This document shows positions 19,593-28,750 of a DNA stretch of 64,000 nt, piece by piece (the stretch's first letter is position 1; each line of letters starts with the position of its first letter). The notes beneath the pieces are model-generated. The model was not told the DNA's origin. It made no database searches and was given only the letters and a program-made list of their open reading frames with translations. A program made the translations under genes and the position numbers. This DNA is from Acidimicrobiia bacterium (lineage in GTDB: Bacteria; Actinomycetota; Acidimicrobiia; IMCC26256; JAGNEX01): NCBI GenBank assembly GCA_020637365.1, contig JACJWE010000001.1:137208-201207 (forward strand), in the 5' to 3' direction.

Positions 19593-20423
19593 GTGTCAGC
19601 AGAGCTTGCACGCATGATCGGAGACCTTTGGGAGCATCGCGACGACATGTCGGCGGTGATGTCACCTGAACAGGCTAAAGACGCGATCTATCAAGCGATC
19701 GAACTTCTCGACAGCGGTCAGGGGCGTTGCGCCGAAGTGGTCGACGGTGACGTGGTGGTACACCAATGGCTCAAACAGGCGGTGCTCTTGCTGTTCCGGG
19801 TCCAGGCGATGGAAACCATCGAGCTAGGACCGTTTGAATTCGCTGACAAGATCCCGCTCAAGACCAACTACATGGCTTCACGTGTGCGTGTGGTCCCCGG
19901 TGCTTCCGCGCGGTGGGGGTCCTACCTGGCCCCCGGTGTGACGATGATGCCCTCCTACGTCAACATCGGTGCGTACGTCGATGAGGGGACGCTGGTCGAC
20001 ACCTGGGCGACTGTCGGGAGCTGCGCAAGTATTGGCAAGAATGTGCACCTTTCCGGTGGCGTCGGTATTGGCGGGGTGCTTGAACCCCCACAAGCAGCGC
20101 CCGTCGTGGTCGAAGATGACGCCTTTATCGGATCCCGTTGCATCGTGGTCGAAGGAGCTCGAGTGCGTCGGGGAGCCAAGCTTGGTGCCGGTGTCGTGCT
20201 GACATCCTCCACGCCGGTCATCGACTCTGCCACCGGCGAAGAAATCAGCCGCGGCGACGTCCCCGAACGAGCCGTCGCTATTGCTGCCACCCGCAATCGT
20301 GAGTTTGAGGGAGGGACCTTTGGGCTCCCATGTGTGCTGGTGTTGCGCACACTCGCTCCCGGCGAAGAACACGACAAGCTCAAGCTGAACGCGATCCTGC
20401 GCGAGCATGGGGTAGCCACATGA
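19593..20423 (+). CDS. dapD: Tetrahydrodipicolinate N-succinyltransferase
   Basis: Near-identical hexapeptide core to E. coli-type DapD: 'MPSYVNIGAYVDEGTLVDTWATVGSCASIGKNVHLSGGVGIGGVLEP'. Confidence 0.93.
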   Translation: MSAELARMIGDLWEHRDDMSAVMSPEQAKDAIYQAIELLDSGQGRCAEVVDGDVVVHQWLKQAVLLLFRVQAMETIELGPFEFADKIPLKTNYMASRVRVVPGASARWGSYLAPGVTMMPSYVNIGAYVDEGTLVDTWATVGSCASIGKNVHLSGGVGIGGVLEPPQAAPVVVEDDAFIGSRCIVVEGARVRRGAKLGAGVVLTSSTPVIDSATGEEISRGDVPERAVAIAATRNREFEGGTFGLPCVLVLRTLAPGEEHDKLKLNAILREHGVAT

Positions 20424-21562
20424 CGATGCCGAACATTGCCGTCGACCCTGGCGCTGTCTCGCAAGCAATGTTGGGTGGTCCAGCATTTGTCCGGGACGGA
20501 TCCGCACATGACTTGCTTGCAATGACCGCTGCGTTGATCGCTGTGCCCTCAGAGTCGTTGGCTGAAGCTGAACTTGCCGAGGCAGTGTTTGCGCGCGTCG
20601 CTGACCGCTCCGAACTCGATGTCTCTCGTATCGGCAACTCGATCGTCGTTCGTACGCGGTTCGGTCGTTCGCGACGTGTCGTGCTCGGTGGACATCTCGA
20701 TACGGTGCCAGCCAATGAGAATGATCGACCGCGTCTCGACGGTGAGACACTTTGGGGTCTAGGGGCGTCGGATATGAAGGGCGGTCTCGCGGTCATGCTG
20801 CGAGTCCTCGACGAGGTCGTAGAGACGGCGCGCCATGACGTGACCTTTGTCTTCTACGAGGCCGAGGAAATCGCCGTGGTGCACAACGGTCTGCTCGCAA
20901 TTTCGCGGCAGGCCCGTGATCTCATCTCAGGAGATATGGCGATACTGCTCGAACCGACCGATGGTTGGGTCGAGGCAGGCTGTCAAGGAACGATTCGTGC
21001 CGAGGTGGTGGCGACCGGCGAGCGAGCGCACACCGCTCGTGCCTGGATGGGGGAGAACGCCATCCACAAGCTTGCGGCCGTGCTGTCACGTGTGGCGGCA
21101 TACGAGGCTGCGACCGTCGGCGTCGATGGTCTGGAGTACCGCGAAGCGTTGCAGATCGTCAAGATCGAGGGTGGCGTTGCTGGCAACGTGGTGCCGGATC
21201 GTGCGGCCGCAACGATCAACCGCCGATTTGCACCCAGGCAATCGCTAGACGAAGCGGTTCGTGAGCTTGAGCACATCATCGGTCCGGTCGACGAGTTCTC
21301 GATTCAGGATGCGGCACCGGCCGCAGCGCCACAGCTCTTCTCACCGATGCTGGCCGAGTTCGTGGGAACACTGAACTTGCCGGTCCGTCCGAAGTTGGGG
21401 TGGACCGACGTTGCCAGATTCGCTGAGCTCGGCATTCCGGCATGCAATTACGGCCCGGGTGATCCGACGGTCGCGCATACGCGCGGCGAGTTCGTGACAG
21501 CAACTTCGCTCGAGCGCTGTTTTCAGGCGCTCAAGCTTTTCCTCGGGCCAAACGCTGCCTGA
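20420..21562 (+). CDS. dapE: Succinyl-diaminopimelate desuccinylase
   Basis: M20 peptidase motifs ('GHLDTVP', 'GASDMKGG', 'EAEE'). An ATGA start/stop overlap links it to dapD. Confidence 0.85.
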   Translation: MTMPNIAVDPGAVSQAMLGGPAFVRDGSAHDLLAMTAALIAVPSESLAEAELAEAVFARVADRSELDVSRIGNSIVVRTRFGRSRRVVLGGHLDTVPANENDRPRLDGETLWGLGASDMKGGLAVMLRVLDEVVETARHDVTFVFYEAEEIAVVHNGLLAISRQARDLISGDMAILLEPTDGWVEAGCQGTIRAEVVATGERAHTARAWMGENAIHKLAAVLSRVAAYEAATVGVDGLEYREALQIVKIEGGVAGNVVPDRAAATINRRFAPRQSLDEAVRELEHIIGPVDEFSIQDAAPAAAPQLFSPMLAEFVGTLNLPVRPKLGWTDVARFAELGIPACNYGPGDPTVAHTRGEFVTATSLERCFQALKLFLGPNAA

Positions 21563-21629
21563 TGGCTCGGTGGCGCAGCGTGGCGCCCGACGGGCTATCG
21601 AACAATCCGCGGCACTTGGTCGGTGCTGG

Positions 21630-22262
21630 TCAGAGACGACGCATGACCGTCACGACACGGCCAAAGATCGAGACCTCGTTGGCTGGGAAGGTCATATCGA
21701 TGAGGGCAGGGTTCGCCGGGCGCAAGGTGATGGTGTCGGTCCCGCCCATGAAGGTTTTGATCGTTGCCTCGTCGCCCGGAATTCCGGCGACAACGATTTC
21801 GCCCTTCCGCGCGGTGTTCTGGCGGCGGGCTACGACGTAGTCACCGTCAAAGATTCCGACGTCGATCATCGACTCGCCTCGAACCCGCAACATGAACAGG
21901 TCGCCGTCGCCGGTGAGGTCGGCAGGAAGTGGGAATACCTCTTGCATGGTCTCTTGGCCAATAACGCCGGTACCTGCGGCGACGTCACCGACGAGCGGCA
22001 CGTGACGGACCGGACGGCGCTCGACCGGGGTATCGATCTCTGAACCGAAATGCACTTCGATAGCGCGCGGTTTGCTGGGGTCACGCTTGATGAACCCCTT
22101 GCGTTCAAGTGCAGAGAGGTGGGCGTGCACCGTGGATGACGATGTCAGTCCCATCGCGCTCCCGATCTCGCGGACTGAAGGCGGGTAACCCCGGCTTTGA
22201 ACCATCTCTGCGATGTACTCGAGAATCTGACGCTGACGAGTGGTGAGTTCTTGCATGATCAT
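21630..22262 (-). CDS. lexA: SOS repressor LexA
   Basis: wHTH 'LTTRQRQILEYIAEMVQSRGYPPSVREIG', cleavage site 'VAAG', and the 'GESM' Ser with a downstream Lys dyad. The internal ATG at 22262 is preferred over the ORF start at 22460. Confidence 0.93.
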   Translation of the reverse strand: MIMQELTTRQRQILEYIAEMVQSRGYPPSVREIGSAMGLTSSSTVHAHLSALERKGFIKRDPSKPRAIEVHFGSEIDTPVERRPVRHVPLVGDVAAGTGVIGQETMQEVFPLPADLTGDGDLFMLRVRGESMIDVGIFDGDYVVARRQNTARKGEIVVAGIPGDEATIKTFMGGTDTITLRPANPALIDMTFPANEVSIFGRVVTVMRRL

Positions 22263-22452
22263 GCTCCTTACCCCGTGCGGGTAGGTGTCGGATGTTGGCT
22301 CCACTCGGAGCGATAGCGGCGGGGAACGAGTGACGTCGGACCTTGTGGATGGACCGCCGGTGGTGATGCTGATCACTGGCGCCAGCGTCTGATCGCGCAG
22401 GATCCGGTGTAGCGAACTCGTGTGGGCACCGTAACACGCGCGCCGGGGCGAC

Positions 22453-22521
22453 ACAAACATTTGTTCTTATCGCACTTGTGTTCCCGTGAGAGGGGTCGCT
22501 ACCATGCGAACATGCGTTCCG
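22453..22521. promoter_or_regulatory. Cluster of candidate LexA boxes: GCGAACATGCGTTCCG (22506-22521), with weaker sites at 22453-22468 and 22471-22485
   Basis: The strongest site has the CGAAC-N4-GTTC core. The others are degenerate (AAAC-N4-GTTC, GCAC-N4-GTTC). All lie in the lexA-divergent intergenic region. Confidence 0.5.
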
Positions 22522-22958
22522 GCCGCACAGTCGTTCGGGTCGCCGCACGTACTGGTGTTCCAAACCAAACCGTGCAATGCATACCCGATGTTGAAGGACT
22601 CAACCTCCCGATCATCGCCGCGACTCGCAGCCAGCGACGTCTCTGTATCAAGGGGTTTCCAATGAGCGTGACCGCAATTCCAAGCCGCCTTCCTTTCGGG
22701 TCGGATTCAAACCTGCCTCGGGCCGACTCATCTCAGATCCGGCGCTCGACGAGAGCCCGCAGCCTTGTGCACGTCGATGGTGGGTACGTGGATATGGCGA
22801 GTGACCCGAAGGGCCAGGCAATGTTCGATCATCGATATGTGGCCGCAGCGGCCGTCGACGATGCGGTCGAGTTGGCGGTCGGGTCGCGCATAGCCGCGTG
22901 GTTCCTGACGGTCGTTGCCTGTGTTGGGTTCGGCGCCGTCTGGGCGTCAGCGCTGTAA
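22512..22958 (+). CDS. Small membrane-anchored protein divergent from lexA (candidate SOS-regulated)
   Basis: C-terminal TM 'IAAWFLTVVACVGFGAVWASAL'. The ATG at 22512 sits inside the LexA box, 7 nt after a TACCAT -10-like hexamer. An alternative start at 22662 has the RBS 'aagggg'. Confidence 0.5.
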   Translation: MRSGRTVVRVAARTGVPNQTVQCIPDVEGLNLPIIAATRSQRRLCIKGFPMSVTAIPSRLPFGSDSNLPRADSSQIRRSTRARSLVHVDGGYVDMASDPKGQAMFDHRYVAAAAVDDAVELAVGSRIAAWFLTVVACVGFGAVWASAL

Positions 22959-23257
22959 GGGGAGTGCCGGACCTGTACGGGACCACTATCGGCTGGCCAA
23001 CCGCTCGTTCAAGCTCGAGGTCGTAGCCGCAGAACCGTTTCGGCTCCCGTTCCGTACAGAACCGTCGCCGTTCGAGACGACGAACGATCCGCCGGGTGTT
23101 GTTGACCGTTGGCGGCTCCACGGTGAACGACGAAGATCGCCGCGTTGGGCGGAACTGACCAGCCACTCTAGAAACGCGGTCTGTCGAGGTAACCGCCAGC
23201 GAACCGGTCGGCCTAGTCTTGGTGCCGGTTCGGTACGGGTGAAGCAAGGAATAAACG

Positions 23258-26026
23258 ATGACGCTGGCGTTTGAAGAAGCAGCCCTTGGAATTGGACGGC
23301 ACTTCACAGCGGAGGGGGTGGCGCCCTTCGACATGGTCGAGTGGGAAACCGCCGATGCCCGGATCACCAATTGGGCGGATGGAACCGACGCATTTCACCA
23401 GCCTGATGTCGAGTTTCCGAGCTCGTGGTCGGTCAATGCGCGCAACATCGTGGCCCAGAAGTACTTCCGTGGTGAACTCGGTTCACCGCAACGAGAGGGT
23501 TCGCTGAAAACGGTGGTGAATCGGATCGTCTCGACCATTGCTGAGTGGGGGCTCGCCAGCGGCTACTTCGTCGATCAGCGCGAAGCCGATGTCTTCGCTG
23601 ACGAGTTGAGCTACATCCTTGTCACACAACGAGCCGCGTTCAATTCGCCGGTTTGGTTCAACATCGGTGTGCGAGGCGTCCCGCAACAAGCATCTGCGTG
23701 CTTCATCCTGTCCGTGGACGACTCGATGACATCGATCCTGGAGTGGTACCGGCAAGAAGGAGTCATCTTCAAAGGCGGTTCAGGGGCGGGAATCAACCTG
23801 AGCAACCTGCGGTCAGCAGACGAATCGCTAGACGGAGGCGGCACGGCATCGGGACCTGTGTCGTTCATGCGTGGTGCCGACGCATCCGCGGGCACGATCA
23901 AGTCGGGCGGCAAAACGCGGCGTGCAGCGAAGATGGTCATTTTGAACGCCGATCATCCCGATATCGAAGACTTCATCTGGTGCAAGGCTCGCGAGGAACG
24001 TAAGTCGCGCGTACTGGCAGCCAACGGCTTTGACATGAGCTTGAACGGAGCCGACGCGTTTTCGGTCCAGTACCAGAACGCCAACAATTCGGTGCGAGTC
24101 ACCGACGACTTCATGCAAGCGGTGGTCGGCGACCAAGAATGGCCGTTGACAGCTGTGACCACAGGTCAGATCATCAAGACCGTGCCCGCCCGTGAGCTGA
24201 TGCACGAGATCGCCTCCGCAGCTTGGGAGTGCGCGGATCCGGGTATGCAGTTCGACACCACGATCAACCGCTGGCACACGAGCGCCAATACTGCACCGAT
24301 CAACGCGTCGAATCCCTGCTCCGAATACATGCACCTCGACAACTCCGCATGCAACCTGGCCAGTATCAACCTCATCAAGTACCGCACAGATGAAGGTGAC
24401 TTCGATGTTGAAGCCTTCGCCCATACGGTCCGGGTCCTGACGACGGCGCAAGACATTCTGGTGGACAACGCTGCCTACCCGACACCGCAGATCGAGGCCA
24501 CAACCCGTGCGTTCCGGCAACTGGGGTTGGGCTACGCAAACCTCGGTGCGCTGTTGATGACCGAGGGGATGCCATATGACTCCGATGTTGGTCGTGCCTG
24601 GGCAGGAGCGATTACGGCTCTCATGACGGGTGCTGCGTACCGAACGTCGGTTGACATCTCGGCAAAGCTCGGACCACACCGTGGTTATCGAGACAATGTC
24701 GAACCAATGCAGCGGGTCCTCCGCCAGCATCGCGATGCGGTTGAAGACATCGACGCATCCCTTGTCCCCGAAGCCCTGATATCTGCTGCTCGAAACACGT
24801 GGCGCGACGTGTGCGATCGCGCTGGTGTGCACGGTGTACGCAACGCGCAAGCCACCGTGCTCGCACCGACGGGCACGATCGGTCTGGCTATGGACTGCGA
24901 CACGACCGGCATCGAACCGGACCTTGGTCTCTTCAAGACCAAGAAGCTCGTCGGCGGCGGCACGTTGCAAATCGTCAACAGGTCTGTGGGTCGCGCCCTC
25001 GAAGCACTCGGCTATCAGACGGCCGATATCGACCGGATCGTCGCCTACCTTGAAACCGAACGGACCATCGTCGGGGCACCCGGCTTGGACCCTGACCACC
25101 TCGCCGTCTTCGCGTGCGCGATGGGTGACAACGTGATCCACTACATGGGTCACGTGCGGATGATGGCCGCGGTTCAACCGTTCTTGAGCGGCGCGATTTC
25201 CAAGACGGTCAACATGCCCGAGGATGTGACCATCGATGAGGTCGAAGAACTCTTTGTCGAATCGTGGCGGTCCGGCGTCAAGGCCGTAGCGATCTACCGC
25301 GATGGGTCGAAATACGCACAACCACTCGAGACCTCAAAGGGTGCTCACGCCGCTGATGCAAGCGACGGGCAAGGTGCCGCCGCCAGGCTGATGTCAGCGG
25401 TCGAGTTGGTCTCCGATGTTCGGCCGGTCCGTGAGAAGCTTCCCCGGAGCCGTCAATCAAAGACGTTCTCATTCAGGGTCGCAGACTGTCATGGGTATGT
25501 GACCGTTGGCGAGTATCCCGACGGGCGCCCGGGTGAAATCTTCCTCAGGGTGGCCAAACAAGGCTCTACGTTGGCGGGCATCATGGATGCCTTCGCTATC
25601 TCGGTGAGCCACGGCCTCCAGTACGGAGTGCCGCTGCGATCCTTTGTCGAAGCGTTTGTCAACATGCGGTTCGAACCGGCGGGTATTACCGACGACCCCG
25701 AACTGCGGCTGGCGTCCAGTCTGGTCGACTACATCTTTCGGCGGCTGGCCGTTGAATATCTCAGTTCCGATGAACGTGAGGTCCTCGGCATCCTGACCGT
25801 GAGCGAGCGCAAGCAGCCGACGCTACCGGGCGTCGACGAAGCAACCGCGCCGAGTACACCCGTTCCCGAGCTCAGCGATCCGCCGTCAACGGTACAGGCG
25901 ACAGCGCTCGCCGAGACGACAGGAACGGTTCACGCCGAGATCTGTCCCAACTGCGGTGACATCATGCGGCGCGCAGGGTCATGCTACGCGTGTCCAAGCT
26001 GCGGCTCGACGAGTGGCTGTTCCTAG
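23258..26026 (+). CDS. nrdJ: Vitamin B12-dependent (class II) ribonucleotide reductase
   Basis: 922 aa, with 'NARNIVAQKYFRG', 'ACFILSV', 'NPCSEYMHLDNSACNLASINL' and a C-terminal Cys-rich tail 'CPNCG...CYACPSCG'. Confidence 0.95.
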   Translation: MTLAFEEAALGIGRHFTAEGVAPFDMVEWETADARITNWADGTDAFHQPDVEFPSSWSVNARNIVAQKYFRGELGSPQREGSLKTVVNRIVSTIAEWGLASGYFVDQREADVFADELSYILVTQRAAFNSPVWFNIGVRGVPQQASACFILSVDDSMTSILEWYRQEGVIFKGGSGAGINLSNLRSADESLDGGGTASGPVSFMRGADASAGTIKSGGKTRRAAKMVILNADHPDIEDFIWCKAREERKSRVLAANGFDMSLNGADAFSVQYQNANNSVRVTDDFMQAVVGDQEWPLTAVTTGQIIKTVPARELMHEIASAAWECADPGMQFDTTINRWHTSANTAPINASNPCSEYMHLDNSACNLASINLIKYRTDEGDFDVEAFAHTVRVLTTAQDILVDNAAYPTPQIEATTRAFRQLGLGYANLGALLMTEGMPYDSDVGRAWAGAITALMTGAAYRTSVDISAKLGPHRGYRDNVEPMQRVLRQHRDAVEDIDASLVPEALISAARNTWRDVCDRAGVHGVRNAQATVLAPTGTIGLAMDCDTTGIEPDLGLFKTKKLVGGGTLQIVNRSVGRALEALGYQTADIDRIVAYLETERTIVGAPGLDPDHLAVFACAMGDNVIHYMGHVRMMAAVQPFLSGAISKTVNMPEDVTIDEVEELFVESWRSGVKAVAIYRDGSKYAQPLETSKGAHAADASDGQGAAARLMSAVELVSDVRPVREKLPRSRQSKTFSFRVADCHGYVTVGEYPDGRPGEIFLRVAKQGSTLAGIMDAFAISVSHGLQYGVPLRSFVEAFVNMRFEPAGITDDPELRLASSLVDYIFRRLAVEYLSSDEREVLGILTVSERKQPTLPGVDEATAPSTPVPELSDPPSTVQATALAETTGTVHAEICPNCGDIMRRAGSCYACPSCGSTSGCS

Positions 26027-26048
26027 GTTTACACCGCTCGAGCAGTCG

Positions 26049-26582
26049 CTATTGCGCACAGTCTGAAGTGTCGTCGGTGCCTTCGAGCGACATCGCCATT
26101 AGATAGCCGCGGGCTCGTTCAGTTTTTGGGAACTGGTTCACCAGTGCCCAGAACGCCGGTCCGTGGTTGGCTTCGACGAGGTGTGCGAGTTCGTGAACGA
26201 CGACGTAGTCGACGACGAAGTCGGGGACGGTACGGAGCCGATCGGATATGCGGATGGACTTGGTCCGTGGCGTGCAAGACCCGTACCGACTGTTCTGGTT
26301 GCCAACCCATTTGATCGAATTCCAGGTCAACGCACCGCCGAAAAACATCCGGTTGAGCTGTTTAGCTCGGGCGTCGAGGTCGGTGTCGGTGCGGCTCCGC
26401 TTCCCTCGCCGGCGTTCGAGACGTTTGCGCAGATCATCGATGATCGGCGCGAGTTCTGTATCGCTCATCCGCGCTGGTGCTCGTACGACGTAGCCGCCGT
26501 CGCGTTCTTGCATGGAGACCGATTTGGTCCGGCGGGCGCTTCGGACGATCTGGATTCGGAGTTCGGATTCTTCGTGTGACAT
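26049..26582 (-). CDS. YgjP-like (DUF45) zinc metallopeptidase-fold protein
   Basis: 'YVVVHELAHLVEANHGPAFWALV' HExxH-type motif and a size of about 175 aa. Confidence 0.75.
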   Translation of the reverse strand: MSHEESELRIQIVRSARRTKSVSMQERDGGYVVRAPARMSDTELAPIIDDLRKRLERRRGKRSRTDTDLDARAKQLNRMFFGGALTWNSIKWVGNQNSRYGSCTPRTKSIRISDRLRTVPDFVVDYVVVHELAHLVEANHGPAFWALVNQFPKTERARGYLMAMSLEGTDDTSDCAQ

Positions 26583-26778
26583 TGATACCTCAAAAGACTA
26601 ATAGCGATCATGGCGGTGATCAGGTCGAACGTGACGCGGGTCGCACCCGGGTCGGATGGAGAAATATTTCTCACAATTGCTGCAACTTCGATGGTCCGCG
26701 AAACATCCTTACGATGCACCGTAGGATGCGTGCCCAAGAAGTCCAGTTGTTCGTTGACTGATGAAAGGTGAGCTGTCA

Positions 26779-27144
26779 ATGCTCAAAGAATTCAAAGAAT
26801 TTATCTCCCGAGGCAACATTGTCGATCTCGCCGTCGCGGTCGTTATCGGGACCGCGTTTACTGCGCTAATTACCTCGTTTGTGGACAACGTGTTAATGGC
26901 GTTGGTCGCGGCGATACTCGGGGGTAGCGAACCGAGCTTCGATCAGTACATGGCCACGGTCAACGGAGTGGACATCAAGTACGGCGCTTTCCTTACCGCA
27001 CTGGTCACCTTTGTGATCTTGGCGTTCGCTGTCTTTCTCGTCGTCAAGGCGATCAACAAGTTCTACAAGAAGGAAGAAGCTGAGGCCGGTCCGACCGAAA
27101 TCGAACTACTCACCGACATTCGCGAAATCCTCTCCCGCAAATAG
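26779..27144 (+). CDS. mscL: Large-conductance mechanosensitive channel
   Basis: 'MLKEFKEFISRGNIVDLAVAVVIGTAF', two TM segments, about 120 aa. Confidence 0.93.
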   Translation: MLKEFKEFISRGNIVDLAVAVVIGTAFTALITSFVDNVLMALVAAILGGSEPSFDQYMATVNGVDIKYGAFLTALVTFVILAFAVFLVVKAINKFYKKEEAEAGPTEIELLTDIREILSRK

Positions 27145-27231
27145 CCTCCAGACTGCCTGTGGGATGCGTGTCGACGAGAGCGGTCGACCGTTCCCCCTGG
27201 GTAGTTCTTTCGTGCTCTCACGTGTTGAATC

Positions 27232-27262
27232 GGGTGGCAGGTTCCTTCGGGGTCTGCCACCC
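27232..27262 (+). terminator. Candidate stem-loop terminator downstream of mscL
   Basis: 9-bp GC stem gggtggcag/ctgccaccc with no clean T-run. Confidence 0.4.
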
Positions 27263-27436
27263 GTCGCATTTGGTAGCTCTCTCGCCCGCCGGATGGTGGC
27301 CCTTGTCCGGCCGATACACCCCGTCCCGGGAGAACCCCCGGCGACCCGCTTCGCGACGATACGGGTCACGCGGACAGGCTGTCAGTGGCCGTCACACCGG
27401 ACGGGTCGCACCTTTGACGATACCTAGGTGTACGAC

Positions 27437-28750
27437 CTAGGCGATCATCATTCTGGTGGCGAGAGCGCGAGCTGGTCGGCGGAGGATGATCATGGCGGGC
27501 ACGAGGAGCAGCACCAAAACGGTGATCGACACGATGATGAGCGCTCCAGCCGAAAATGCTGGATCGACAAAGGAGTACATGGCGACGCCGAAGCCGGTCG
27601 CTCCAAGAACCCACGGCGAATAGCCGAGCGATGACAGCAATCCTGCGAGCAGCGAAACGATCCCGTAGGCCCCGAAGCCGATAAGGAGACGCATCGCAGC
27701 GTATTTGGAGCCACCAAACCAGTTTGCGGTGATGAAGATCGGGATACCGAGCACTACCGACGTCATCACTACTCGCGAGAGCGCTCGCAGCAAGATGGTT
27801 TCACCCGACCACCGTCGACCACCGAGGTTGCGCTCAAAGATCGAATGGCCTTCGAGCGATTCGGGTAACGCGGTCCAGAGCTCGGAAAGCTCGATACCAC
27901 CCCAGGCGACGCCAATAGCGGATGGCAGAAGTGTCACAGCGGGGAGCAGGTTGCGCATTCCGTAGCCGACCGAATCGTCGAGGACGAGGATCAGCCCGAG
28001 GAACGCTCCGATGATCGTCTCGATGATGACCTGCAGCCATGGCCCGGGATGGTGCGCACGTTCGGGTTCGGACAGGATCGCCGCCCTCACCAATACACAC
28101 ATGGCGATCGCCGCCAAGAGCAACACCGGCATGGGGGGTGCCGACAGGAAGAGTGGCAAGGTGACCGCTAGGGCGAGGATGGCATACTGCCAAACCCACC
28201 GGCGTGCGACGAGTAACGACCCCCCGACCCACGTCACCGAGAGTAAAGCTGCCAGCCAGCCCGCGGTGCCGACCGTAATGCCGAGAAGGAGGGTGCCAAC
28301 CACGGCTCCGCCAAGTACCCAGATGCCGTCGGGTCGCATCGTTGCGAGCCCACCGCGTCGCGCCAGATAGCGCCGGCGAAGTCCACCTTGAAGCGCCATT
28401 GTGATCGGCAATGCAAGACGCAGCGCGTCGCTCACGATGGCCGGTTCGTAGCGCCACGACAGCGGGATTGACCATGTGGCCAATGTGAAAAGCGTCAACA
28501 CCAGCCCCAGACCGAGGCTGAGATACCTTTCCCGCGGAACCGAATAGCTCACTTGAGGACGGGCTGCGTGGGGACGACTTCGCGATTCTGCGACGACCTG
28601 ACGCCCAAGATTGAGAGCGTCTGCGCTGGTCATCCCACCCCAAGCTTCGAGGACGACTCCGGCTTCTATGGCGTCCTGCGGCTGGCGTTCGAGACGCGCC
28701 TCGACGACGACTGCCCGTGCTGTGTTGACGTCGATGCGATGCCGGTTCAT
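27437..28750 (-). CDS. Polytopic membrane protein of the exopolysaccharide locus (in the PelG position; function inferred from context)
   Basis: About 10 or more hydrophobic helices after a soluble N-domain of about 70 aa. An ATGA start/stop overlap links it to the upstream PelF-like gene. Confidence 0.6.
   Translation of the reverse strand: MNRHRIDVNTARAVVVEARLERQPQDAIEAGVVLEAWGGMTSADALNLGRQVVAESRSRPHAARPQVSYSVPRERYLSLGLGLVLTLFTLATWSIPLSWRYEPAIVSDALRLALPITMALQGGLRRRYLARRGGLATMRPDGIWVLGGAVVGTLLLGITVGTAGWLAALLSVTWVGGSLLVARRWVWQYAILALAVTLPLFLSAPPMPVLLLAAIAMCVLVRAAILSEPERAHHPGPWLQVIIETIIGAFLGLILVLDDSVGYGMRNLLPAVTLLPSAIGVAWGGIELSELWTALPESLEGHSIFERNLGGRRWSGETILLRALSRVVMTSVVLGIPIFITANWFGGSKYAAMRLLIGFGAYGIVSLLAGLLSSLGYSPWVLGATGFGVAMYSFVDPAFSAGALIIVSITVLVLLLVPAMIILRRPARALATRMMIA

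Noticed and set aside
22959-23257. Cobalamin riboswitch upstream of the B12-dependent nrdJ
   Set aside because: I could not find a B12 box (consensus like AGYCMGGAGACCKGCC) or the GGTG...AATCC core arrangement. Only vague resemblance such as GCCACT was seen. The region is kept as an unexplained structured leader.
23828-25321. A 497-aa ORF antisense to nrdJ. Similar long antisense or out-of-frame ORFs include 1796-2740, 11165-11920, 22648-23370, 27834-29012, 42834-43853 and 59681-60874.
   Set aside because: Each lies entirely within a confidently identified gene on the other strand or in another frame. Their translations are Arg/Pro/Gly-rich with no motifs, which is typical of spurious open frames in high-GC DNA.
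27145-27436. A known structured RNA (SRP RNA, RNase P, tmRNA or 6S) in the GC-rich gap between mscL and the exopolysaccharide membrane-protein gene
   Set aside because: None of the diagnostic motifs are present, for example GAGGAAAGTCCGGGC for RNase P, the SRP GGAA tetraloop context, or the tmRNA tag region. Only a terminator-like hairpin is called.
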